A stretch of 64,000 nt of DNA, taken from NCBI GenBank assembly GCA_027923505.1, contig BROI01000007.1, positions 186,001 through 250,000 on the forward strand, read 5' to 3'. The DNA comes from Mayamaea pseudoterrestris (Eukaryota). A program made the translations under genes and the position numbers. Within the stretch, counting starts at the first letter, position 1. Each line of letters starts with the position of its first letter. Under the pieces are notes generated by a model. It saw only the letters and a program-made list of their open reading frames with translations, ran no database searches and had not been told where the DNA came from. Positions 10,611-22,219 of the stretch are shown in pieces.

Positions 10611-11290
10611 ATGAGTCAGGCAAAACCTGTCCAGGGTATGCCATTGACAGGTGCAGAGTCTCAAATGGTGCAAAAAGGACTGTCTGGAGGCTGACACCAT
10701 GGGTACGGCCTCCACTGCGGGAAAGGCCATCACCACAAGTTGTCGATTCTGACCTGTCAAATGCCCCATACCCTGGCCACCCAAATACCCAATGAGTCAG
10801 GCAAAACCCGTCCAGGGTATGCCATTGACAGGTGCAGACTCACAAATGGTGCAAAAAGGACTGCTTGGAGGCTGACACCATGGATGAGTCAGGCAAAACC
10901 TGTCCAGGGTATGCCATTGACAGGTGCAGAGTCTCAAATGGTGCAAAAAGGACTGTCTGGAGGCTGACACCATGGGTACGGCCTCCACTGCGGGAAAGGC
11001 CATCACCACAAGTTGTCGATTCTGACCTGTCAAATGCCCCATACCCTGGCCACCCAAATACCCAATGAGTCAGGCAAAACCCGTCCAGGGTATGCCATTG
11101 ACAGGTGCAGACTCACAAATGGTGCAAAAAGGACTGCTTGGAGGCTGACACCATGGAATGGTCTGCAGGCTGGGTGTGGCCAACACCCCAAATTATGGAA
11201 TCATACCACCAGGATGCCACGTGCCCTGGCCCCCCAACAACCCAATGAGTCAGGAAAAACATGTCCAGGGTGTGCCGTTGACATGTGGAT
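10611..11290 (+). repeat. Outlier mini-array of the 181-bp satellite (181 + 92 + 181 + ~179 bp units plus a decayed partial)
   Basis: 'ATGAGTCAGG' monomer starts at 10611, 10792, 10884, 11065 and 11244. Sequence clearly matches the 45.8-64 kb satellite with local variants (AAACCTGTCC, CTGCGGGAAAGGCCATCACC). Confidence 0.92.
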
Positions 11291-11295
11291 GGTCT

Positions 11296-14200
11296 TGTTG
11301 GCACCATTCTGGTGTATTTTGGGTATATACATGGCCTGCTGTAGGTGCGTTTGAATGTCACGGCATCTGCGGGATGAGACTGGTGACAAGTTGTCACCAA
11401 ATACATTGCCATCCCCTGAGACACCAGCCAAGCCTACCATCTTGTAGCGCAGCCTGAATAATAATGTAGGCACCATTCTGGTGTAATTTGGGCACTTACA
11501 GGGCTTGCTGTAGGTGCATTTGAATGTCACGGCATCTGCGGGCTGAGACTGGTGACAAGTTGTCACCAATTACATTGCCATCCCCTGAGACACCAGCCAA
11601 GCTTACCATCTTGTAGAGCAGCCGGATTAATGTGTTAGCACCATACTGATGTAATTTGGGCACCTACAGGGCTTGCTGTAGGGGCGTTTGAATGTCCCGG
11701 CATCTGCGGGCTGAGACTGGTGACAAGTTGTCACCAAATACATTGCCATCCCCTGAGACACCAGCCAGGCCTACCATCTTGTAGCGCAGCTTAAATAATG
11801 ATGTTGGCACCATTCTGGTGAGATTTGGGCACCTACAGGGCTTGCTGTAGGGGCGTTTGAATGTCACGGCATCTGCGGGCTGAGACTGGTGACAAGTTGT
11901 CACCAAATACATTGCCATCCCCTGAGACACCAGCCAAGCCTACCATCTAGTAGCGCAGCCTGAATAATGATGTTGGCACCATTCTGGTGTATTTTGGGCA
12001 CCTATAGGGCTTGCTGTAGGGGCGTTTGAATGTCACGGCATCTGCGGGCTGAGACTGGTGACAAGTTGTCACCAAATGCATTGCCATCCCCTGAGACACC
12101 AGCCAAGCCTACCATCTTGTAGCGCAGCCTGAATAATTTGGCACCATACGTACTGATGTAATTTGGGCACCTACAGGGCTGCTGTAGGTGCGTTTGAATG
12201 TCCCGGCATCTGCGGACTGAGACTGGTGACAAGTTGTCACCAAATACATTGCCATTACCCGAGACACCAGCCAAGCCTACCATCTTGTAGCGCAGCCTGA
12301 ATACTGATGTTGGCACCGTTCTGGTGTGATTTGGGCACCTACAGGGCTTGCTGTAGGGGCGTGTGAATGTCACGGCATCTGCAGGCTGTGACTGGTGACA
12401 AGTTGTCGCCAAATACATTGCCATCCCCTGAGACACCAACCAAGCCTACCATCTTGTAGTGCTGCCTGATTAATGATGTTGGCACCATTCTGGTGTATTT
12501 TGGGCACCAACAGGGCTTGCTGTAGGGGCGTTTGAATGTCATGGCACCTGCGGGCTGAGACTGGTGACAAGTTGTCACCAAATACATTGCCATCCCCTGA
12601 GACACCAGCCAAGCCTACCATCTTGTAGCGCAGCCTGAATAATAATGTTGGCACCATTCTGGTGTATTTTGGGCACCTACAGGGCTTGCTGTATGGGCGT
12701 TTGAATGTCACGGCATCTGCGGGATGAGACTGGTGACAAGTTGTCACCAAATACATTGCCATCCCCTGAGACACCAGCCAAGCCTACCATCTTGTAGCGC
12801 AGCCTAAATAATGATGTTGGCACCATTCTGGTGTATTTTGGGCACCTACAGGGCTTGTTGTAGTGGCGTTTGAATGTCACAGCATCTGCGGGCTGAGACT
12901 GGTGACAAATTGTCACCAAATACATTGCCATCCCCTGAGACACCGGCCAAGCTTACCAACTTGTAGCGCAGCCTGAATAATGATGTTGGCACCTTTCTGG
13001 TGTATTTTGGGCACCTACAGGGCTTGCTGTAGGGGCGTTTGAATGTCCCGGCATCTGCGGGCTGAGACTGGTCACAAGTTGTCACCAAATACATTGCCAT
13101 CCCCTGAGACACCAGCCAAGCCTACCAACTTGTAGCGCAGCCTAAATAATGATATTGGCACCATTCTGGTGTATTTTGGGCACCTACAGGGCTTGCTGTA
13201 GGGGCGTTTGAATGTCATGGCATCCTCAGGCTGAGACTGGTGACAAGTTGTCACCAATTACATTGCCATCCCCTGAGACACCAGCCAAGCTTACCATCTT
13301 GTAGAGCAGCCGGATTAATGTAGGCACCATTCTGGTGTAATTTGGGCACTTACAGGGCTTGCTGTAGGGGCGTTTGAATGTCCCAGCATCTGTGAGCTGA
13401 GACTGGTGACAAGTTGTCACCAAATACATTGCCATCCCCTGAGACACCAGCCAAGCCTACCATCTTGTAGCGCAGGCAGCCTGATTAATGATGTTGGCAC
13501 CATTCTGGTGTATTTTGGGCACCTACAGGGCTTGCTGTATGTACGTTTGAATGTCACAGCATCTGCGGGCTGAGACTGGTGACAAGTTGTCACCAAATAC
13601 ATTGCCATTACCTGAGACATCCGCCAAGCCTACCATCTTAGAGCGCAGGCAGCCTAAATAATGATATTGGCACCATTCTGGTGTATTTTGGGCACCTACA
13701 GGGCTTGCTGTAGGGGCGTTTGAATGTCACGGCATCTGCGGGCTGAGACTGGTGACAAGTTGTCACCAAATACATTGCCAACCCCTGAGACACCAGTGAA
13801 GCCTACTATCTTGTAGTGCTGCCCGAGTAATGATGTTGGCACCATTCTGGTGTATTTTGGGCAACTACAGGGCTTGCTGTAGGGGTGTTTGAATGTCACG
13901 GCATCTGCGGGCTGAGACTGGTGACAAGTTGTCACCAGATACATTGCCAACCCCTGAGACACCAGTAAAGCCTACCATCTTGTAGTGCTGCCTGAGTAAT
14001 GATGTTGGCACCATTCTGGTGTATTTTGGGCACCTACAGGGCTTGCTGTAGGGGCGTTTGAATGTCATGGCATCTGCGGGCTAATGTCATGGCATCTGCG
14101 AGCTGAGAAAGGTGACAAGTTGTCACCAGATACATTGCTATCCCCTGAGACACCAGTAAAGCCTACCATCTTGTAGTGCTGCCTGATTAATGATGTTGGC

Positions 14201-17200
14201 ACCATTCTGGTGTATTTTGGGCACCTACAGGGCTTGCTGTAGGGGCGTTTGAATGTCATGGCATCCGCAGGCTAAGACTGGTGACAAGTTGTCACCAAAT
14301 ACATTGCTATCCCCTGAGACTCCAGCCAAGCCTACCAACTTGTAGCGCAGCCTGATTTATGTGTTAGCACCATACTGATGTAATTTGGGCACCTACAGGG
14401 CTTGCTGTAGGGGCGTTTGAATGTCCCGGCATCTGCGGGCTGAGACTGGTGACAAGTTGTCACCAAATACATTGCCATCCCCTGAGACACCAGCCAAGCC
14501 TACCATCTTGTAGCGCAGGCAGCCTGATTAATGATGTTGGCACCATTCTGGTGTATTTTGGGCACCTACAGGGCTTGCTGTATGTACGTTTGAATGTCAC
14601 AGCATCTGCGGGCTGAGACTGGTGACAAGTTGTCACCAAATACATTGCCATTACCTGAGACATCCGCCAAGCCTACCATCTTAGAGCGCAGGCAGCCGAA
14701 ATAATGATATTGGCACCATTCTGGTGTATTTTGGGCACCTACAGGGCCTGCTGTAGGGGCGTTTGAATGTCATGGCATCTGCGGGCTGAGACTGGTGACA
14801 AGTTGTCACCAAATACCTTTCCATCCCCTGAGACACCAGCCAAGCCTACCAACTTGTAGCGCAGCCTGAATACTGATGTTGTCACCATTCTGGCGTATTT
14901 TGGGCACCTACAGGGCTTGCTGTAGGGGCGTTTGAATGTCACGGCATCTGCAGGCTGAGACTGGTGACAAGTTGTCACCAAATACATTGCCATCCCCTGA
15001 GACACCAGCCAAGCCTACCATCATGTAGTGCTGCCTGATTAATGATGTTGGCACCATTCTGGTGTATTTTGGGCACCTACAGGGCTTGTTGTAGTGGCGT
15101 TTGAATGTCACAGCATCTGCGGGCTGAGACTGGTGACAAGGTTGTCACCAAATACATTGCCATCCCCTGAGACACCAACCAAGCTTACCATCTTGTAGCG
15201 CAGCCTAACGGATGGTGTAGGCACCTTTCTGGTGTATTTTGGGCACCTATAGGGCTTGCTGTAGGGGCGTTTGAATGTCACGGCATCTGCGGGCTGAGAC
15301 TGGTGACAAGGTTGTCACCAAATACATTGCCATCCCCTAAGACACCAGCCAAGCCTACCATCTTGTAGTGCTGCCTGATTAATGATGTTGGCACCATTCT
15401 GGTGTATTTTGGGCACCTACAGGGCTTGCTGTAGGGGTGTTTGAATGTCACGGCATCTACGGGCTGAGACTGGTGACAAGTTGTCAACAAATACATTGCC
15501 ATCCCCTGAGACACCAGCAAAGCCTACCATCTTGTTGCGCAGCCTGAATAATGATGTTGGCACCATTCTGGTAAATTTGGTCACCTACAGGGCTTGCTGT
15601 AGGGGCAGTTGAATGTCACGGCATCTGCAGGCTGAGACTGGTGACAAGTTGTCACCAAATACATTGCCATCCCCTGAGACACCAACCAAGCTTACCATCT
15701 TGTAGCGCAGCCTAACTGATGATGTAGGCACCTTTCTGGTGTATTTTGGGCACCTATAGGGCTTGCTGTAGGGGCGTTTGAATGTCACGGCATCTGCGGG
15801 CTGAGACTGGTGACAAGTTGTCACCAAATACATTGCCAACCCCTGAGACACCAGTCAAGCCTACCATCTTGTAGCGCAGCCTGAATAATGATGTTGGCAC
15901 CATTCTGGTGTATTTTGGGCACCTACAGGGCTTGCTGTAGGGGCATTTGAATGTCACGGCATCTGCGGGCTGAGACTGGTGACAAGTTGTCACCAAATAC
16001 ATTGCCATCCCCTGAGACACCAGCCAAGCCTACCATCTTGTAGCGCAGCCTGATTAATGATGTTGGCACCATTCTGGTGTATTTTGGGCATCTACAGGAC
16101 TTGCTGAAAGGGGAGTTTGAATGTCACGGCATCTGCGGGCTGAGACTGGTGACAAGTTGTCACCAAATACATTGCCATTACCTAAGACATCCGCTAAATC
16201 TACCATCTTGTAGCGCAGCCTGAATAATGATGTTGGCACCATTCTGGTGTATTTTGGGCACCTACAGGGCTTGCTGTAGGGGCGTTTGAATGTCACGGCA
16301 TCTGCGGGCTGAGACTGGTGACAAGTTGTCACCAAATACATTGCCATCCCCTGAGACACCAGCCAAGCCTACCATCTTGTAGCGCAGCCTGAATAATGAT
16401 GTTGGCACCATTCTGGTGTATTTGGGCACCTACAGGGCTTGCTGTAGGGGCGTTTGAATGTCACGGCATCTGCGGGCTGAGACTGGTGACAAGTTGTCAC
16501 CAAATACATTGCCATCCCCTGAGACACCAGCCAAGCCTACCATCTTGTAGCGCAGCCTAACTAATGATGTTGGCACCATTCTGGTGTATTTTGGGCACCT
16601 ACAGGGCTTGCTGTAGGGGCGTTTGAATGTCACGGCATCTGCGGGCTGAGACTGGTGACAAGTTGTCACCAAATACATTGCCATCCCCTGAGACACCAGC
16701 CAAGCCTACCATCTTGTAGCGCAGCCTGAATAATGATGTTGGCACCATTCTGGTGTATTTTGGGCACCTACAGGGCTTGCTGTAGGGGCGTTTGAATGTC
16801 ACAGCATCTGCGGGCTGAGACTGGTGACAAATTGTCACAAAATACATTGCCAACCCCTGAGACACCAGTCAAGCCTACCAACTTGTAGCGCAGCCTGAAT
16901 AATGACGTTGGCACCATTCTGGTGTATTTTGGGCACCTACAGGGCTTGCTGTAGGGGCGTTTGAATGTCACGGCATCTGCGGGCTGAGACTGGTGACAAG
17001 TTGTCACCAAATACATTGCCAACCCCTGAGACACCAGCCAAGCCTACCAACTTGTAGTGCTGCCTGAGTAATGATGTTGGCACCATTCTGGTGTATTTTG
17101 GGCACCTACAGGGCTTGCTGTAGGGGTGTTTGAATGTCACGGCATCTTTGGGCTGAGACTGGTGACAAGTTGTCACCACATACATTGCCATCCCCTGAGG

Positions 17201-20200
17201 CATCCACCAAGCCTACCATCTTGTAGCGCAGCCTGAATAAGGATGTTGGCACCAATCTGGTGTATTTTGGGCACCTACAGGGCTTGCTGTAGGGGCGTTT
17301 GAATGTCACGGCATCTGCGGGCTGAGACTGGTGACAAGTTGTCACCAAATACATTGCCAACCCCTGAGACACCAGCCAAGCCTACCATCTTGTAGTGCTG
17401 CCTGAGTAATGATGTTGGCACCATTCTGGTGTATTTTGGGCACCTACAGGGCTTGCTGTAGGGGCGTTTGAATGTCACGGCATCTGCGGGCTGAGACTGG
17501 TGACAAGTTGTCACCAAATACATTGCCATCCCCTGAGACACCAGCCAAGCCTACCATCTTGTAGCGCAGCCTGAATAATGATGTTGGCACCATTCTGGTG
17601 TATTTTGGGCACCTACAGGGCTTGCTGTAGGGGCGTTTGAATGTCACGGCATCTGCGGGCTGAGACTGGTGACAAGTTGTCACCAAATACATTGCCATCC
17701 CCTGAGACACCAGCCAAGCCTACCAACTTGTAGCGCAGCCTGAATAATGATGTTGGCACCATTCTGGTGTATTTTGGGCACCTACAGGGCTTGCACTAGG
17801 GGCGTTTGAATGTCACAGCATCTGTGGGTTGAGACTGGTGACAAGTTGTCACCAAATACCTTGCCATCCCCTGAGACACCAGCCAAGCCTACCATCTTGT
17901 AGCGAAGCCTAACTAATGATGTTGGCACCATTCTGGTGTATTTTGGGCACCTACAGGGCTTGCTGTAGGGGCGTTTGAATGTCACGGCATCTGCGGGCCG
18001 AGACTGGTGACAAGTTGTCACCAAATACATTGCCATTCCCTGAGTCACCAGCCAAGCCTTCCATCTTGTAGCGCAGCCTGAATAATGATGTTGGCACCAT
18101 TCTGGTGTATTTTGGGCACCTACAGGGCTTGCTGTAGGGGCGTTTGAATGTCACGGCATCTGCGGGCTGAGACTGGTGACAAGTTGTCACCAAATACATT
18201 GCCATTCCCTGAGACACCAACCCAGCCTTCCAACTTGTAGCGCAGCCTGAATAATGATGTTGGCACCATTCTGGTGTATTTTGGGCACCTACAGGGCTTG
18301 CTGTAGGGGCGTTTGAATGTCACGGCATCTGCGGGCTGAGACTGGTGACAAGTTGTCACCAAATACATTGCCATCCCCTGAGACACCAGCCAAGCCTACC
18401 ATCTTGTAGCGCAGCCTGAATAATGATGTTGGCACCATTCTGGTGTATTTTGGGCACCTACAGGGCTTGCTGTAGGGGCGTTTGAATGTCACGGCATCTG
18501 TGGGTTGAGACTGGTGACAAGTTGTCACCAAATACCTTGCCATCCCCTGAGACACCAGCCAAGCCTTCCATCTTGTAGCGCAGCCTGAATAATGACGTTG
18601 GCACCATTCTGGTGTATTTTGGGCACCTACAGGGCTTGCTGTAGGGGCGTTTGAATGTCACGGCATCTGCGGGCTGAGACTGGTGACAAGTTGTCACCAA
18701 ATACATTGCCATTCCCTGAGACACCAACCAAGCCTACCAACTTGTAGCGCAGCCTGAATAATGATGTTGGCACCATTCTGGTGTATTTTGGGCACCTACA
18801 GGGCTTGCTGTAGGGGCGTTTGAATGTCACAGCATCTGTGGGTTGAGACTGGTGACAAGTTGTCACTAAATGCATTGCCATCCCCTGAGACACCAGCCAA
18901 GCCTACCATCTTGTAGCGAAGCCTAACTAATGATGTTGGCACCATTCTGGTGTATTTTGGGCACCTACAGGGCTTGCTGTAGGGGCGTTTGAATGTCACG
19001 GCATCTGCGGGCCGAGACTGGTGACAAGTTGTCACCAAATACATTGCCATTCCCTGAGTCACCAGCCAAGCCTTCCATCTTGTAGCGCAGCCTGAATAAT
19101 GATGTTGGCACCATTCTGGTGTATTTTGGGCACCTACAGGGCTTGCTGTAGGGGCGTTTGAATGTCACGGCATCTGCGGGCTGAGACTGGTGACAAGTTG
19201 TCACCAAATACATTGCCATCCCCTGAGACACCAACCAAGCCTACCAACTTGTAGCGCAGCCTGAATAATGATGTTGGCACCATTCTGGTGTATTTTGGGC
19301 ACCTACAGGGCTTGCTGTAGGGGCGTTTGAATGTCACGGCATCTGCGGGCTGAGACTGGTGACAAGTTGTCACCAAATACATTGCCATCCCCTGAGACAC
19401 CAGCCAAGCCTACCATCTTGTAGCGCAGCCTAACTAATGATGTTGGCACCATTCTGGTGTATTTTGGGCACCTACAGGGCTTGCTGTAGGGGCGTTTGAA
19501 TGTCACGGCATCTGCGGGCTGAGACTGGTGACAAATTGTCACCAAATACATTGCCAACCCCTGAGACACCAGTCAAGCCTACCAACTTGTAGTGCTGCCT
19601 GAGTAATGATGTTGGCACCATTCTGGTGTATTTTGGGCACCTACAGGGCTTGCTGTAGGGGCGTTTGAATGTCACAGCATCTGCGGGCTGAGACTGGTGA
19701 CAAGTTGTCACCAAATACATTGCCATCCCCTAAGACACCAGCCAAGCCTACCATCTTGTAGTGCTGCCTGATTAATGATATTGGCACCATTCTGGTGTAT
19801 TTTGGGCACCTACAGGGCTTGCTGTAGGGGCGTTTGAATGTCACGGCATCTGCGGGCTGAGACTGGTGACAAGTTGTCACCAAATACATTGTCATCCCCT
19901 GAGACACCAGCCAGGCCTACCATCTTGTAGCGCAGCCTAACTAATGATGTTGGCACCATTCTGGTGTATTTTGGGCACCGACAGGGCTTGCTGTAGGGGC
20001 GTTTGAATGTCATGGCATCTGCGGGCTGAGACTGGTGACAAGTTGTCACCAAATACATTGCCATCCCCTGAGACACCAGCCAAGCCTACCATCTTGTAGC
20101 GCAGCCTGAATAATGATGTTGGCACCATTCTGGTGTATTTTGGGCACCTACAGGGCTTGCTGTAGGGGCGTTTGAATGTCATGGCATCTGCGGGCTGAGA

Positions 20201-20282
20201 CTGGTGACAAGTTGTCACCAAATACATTGCCATCCCCTGAGACACCAACTAAGCCCACCAACTTGTAGCGCAGCCTGAATAA
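11296..20282 (+). repeat. 169-bp tandem satellite array, ~53 monomers
   Basis: Monomer TTGGCACCATTCTGGTGTATTTTGGGCACCTACAGGGCTTGCTGTAGGGGCG...TGGTGACAAGTTGTCACCAAATAC...GCCTGAATAATGATG. Period of 169 is confirmed by ORF-track spacing (e.g. 16430, 16599, 16768, 16937). Confidence 0.98.
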
Positions 20283-20715
20283 GTCTCAGCCCATAGATTC
20301 CTTGACATTCAAGTTCAGATATATCAAGCCATGTATGCCCATAAAATACACCAGAATCTTGCCAGCATCATTTCCAGCCTGCACTACAAGATGATGTGCC
20401 TGGCTGGAGTCTCAGTAGTCTGCAATGCTTGACTGGTGAGAATTTGTAACCAGTCTTGGCCTGCAGATGTCTTGACATTCAAGTGGCCCATACGCCAAGC
20501 CATGTATGTGCCCAAATTACACAAGAATGGTGCCAGCATCATTAGTCAGGCTGCACTACAAGATGGTATGCCGGGCTGGTGTCTCAATAGACTGCAATGT
20601 TTCTCACCAGTCTCAGCCAGCAGATGCCATGACAATCAAATGCTTATATATCAAGCCATGCAAGTGCTCAAATAACAAAGAATATGTCAACATCGATATA
20701 TTTAGGCTGCGCTAT
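20283..20715 (-). repeat. Inverted, diverged relic copies (~2.5) of the 169-bp satellite
   Basis: 'GTCTCAGCCC..AGAT.CC.TGACATTCAA...AAAATACACCAGAAT...CTACAAGATG..GGCTGG.GTCTCA' matches the reverse complement of the 169-mer with many substitutions. Confidence 0.85.
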
Positions 20716-20852
20716 GTACAACTACCTGATGGTTTTTTGCCGTCGCATCGTTACCTTTAGTTTCGTTGCGACATCCGTTTCCTCCACTTTGTCGACTCAT
20801 TTTTACTGTTTGTCTCGAGTCTCGATCCATGTCAACCATCAAGTTCTAGATT

Positions 20853-21819
20853 ATGAGACAGCTTCTGCGAATTGCTGCTCCACTCGTAGCAGCATTCATG
20901 TCCTTAGTTATGGCGACGGAAGCCTCTAAATTAACGGTCTTGAATATTAAAGATGGTGTGAGACGACAAAGATCTACTCATTCAGCGGCAGGCAGCGACG
21001 ATACAATGGCACAGATCGGCACCCACCCTACCTCCTCATTCCATCGACGAGTGGCGTGTAATGTTTACCTATGGGATGCTCCTTCAGCGCTTTTTCAAAA
21101 GTGGTGTCGACATCTGATGAGAGATTGTATTTACGAAGGGAAAGGAGGCACAAAGGTGAGCTTGAGGAAGATATCGACAATAACGAATGAAATGAATCTT
21201 CTTGTTTTGCTGAATATTTTCGCATCCTTATTCACTTACCCTCTAGTGTTTTCACTTTCCTTTTAAGTTCGTACGAATCGAACCAGGTTCGTTACTACAA
21301 CTGCTGTATCCATCCTGCCTCTACAATCCTGATCGATGTTTACTTTGTGGAGGACGCTTTCCAGATCATCTCACCTTGCGGTGGGCCGGCCAGCTGTACA
21401 CACCATTCGATCGATTTTTGGACGAGTCGTTGGCAGAAGGAACTAAGAATTTAAAGGGTGTTTCGCGAGCAAGAAAGCGACACAAACGTACGTTGCCTTC
21501 GGTTGGCGTGGATATTGCCAGCGACGACAATGAAACAGTTGGCTACGTGTTTCATCGGCGTTACGTCGGTGTAGATAATTATACAACAGCCTCCGCCCCG
21601 TCCAACAAAAAGGTTACTAAAAGACAAACGAAGGCTATAACTGAGACGGATGGCAACTTGCCGTTGCGCACCTCTAGGGCCTTGTCCTATGCAGTATCGT
21701 CGATGGCAAAGAAGCGAATGAGCTTCAACCTCCTTTTGGCGAGACAGATTTTATTGGAGAGTATTGGCAAATTAGTAGAATTAGAAAATACACATATCGT
21801 TGATGGGCTCACCGAATAA
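20853..21819 (+). CDS. Hypothetical protein with N-terminal signal peptide, 2 exons (20853-21155, 21268-21819), ~284 aa
   Basis: A phase-0 intron at 21156-21267 (GTGAGC...TTTCCTTTTAAG) joins ORF 20853 in frame to the reading frame that includes ORF 21376-21819. Hydrophobic N-terminus. No recognisable domain. Confidence 0.5.
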
Positions 21820-22219
21820 ACACGATGCTGTCTAGGACTCTGAAATAGAACAGATAATAGCTTCTGCGCGTTGTTTTGGCAGTTTAGTTTGTCCCACAGG
21901 TAGAACTTGCAGCGACACTTTCTATGTTAAACACCAGGACCTTTCTTGAAGCCTTGTCAACGCCAGGTATATCGGTACTGTAGCGCCACGATTAGTTATA
22001 AAGCGGTAGCAAGCAACCAGATGATATACGTACAGGTACGCGTATCATCATAGTATATTGTAGTACGTCGTACAGTGAGTTAAAGACTACCGGTCCGACT
22101 CTACGCACCTCGCCGATGATGAAGCGATAAATCCATTTCCACTACTTGGACTTAAATCTTTTACCGATATCAAACTCATAATTGTGCGGCGGGACCTCCA
22201 AGCTGCCTCACTGGCAACT

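Noticed and set aside
11113..20248. Dozens of 60-145 aa ORFs (MSQGMAMYLVTT...) in the 169-bp array
   Set aside because: By-products of a tandem repeat whose period is not a multiple of 3; no protein-like features or coding-type conservation.
11296..20282. Satellite-encoded hammerhead ribozyme, tRNA-SINE, 5S or snRNA array
   Set aside because: No CUGANGA/GAAA core, no convincing pol III A/B boxes, and no recognisable structural RNA in either monomer.
22020..22049. 14-bp imperfect hairpin GATGATATACGTAC-AG-GTACGCGTATCATC
   Set aside because: Isolated, with two mismatches, in low-complexity GTAC-rich intergenic DNA; no supporting context.
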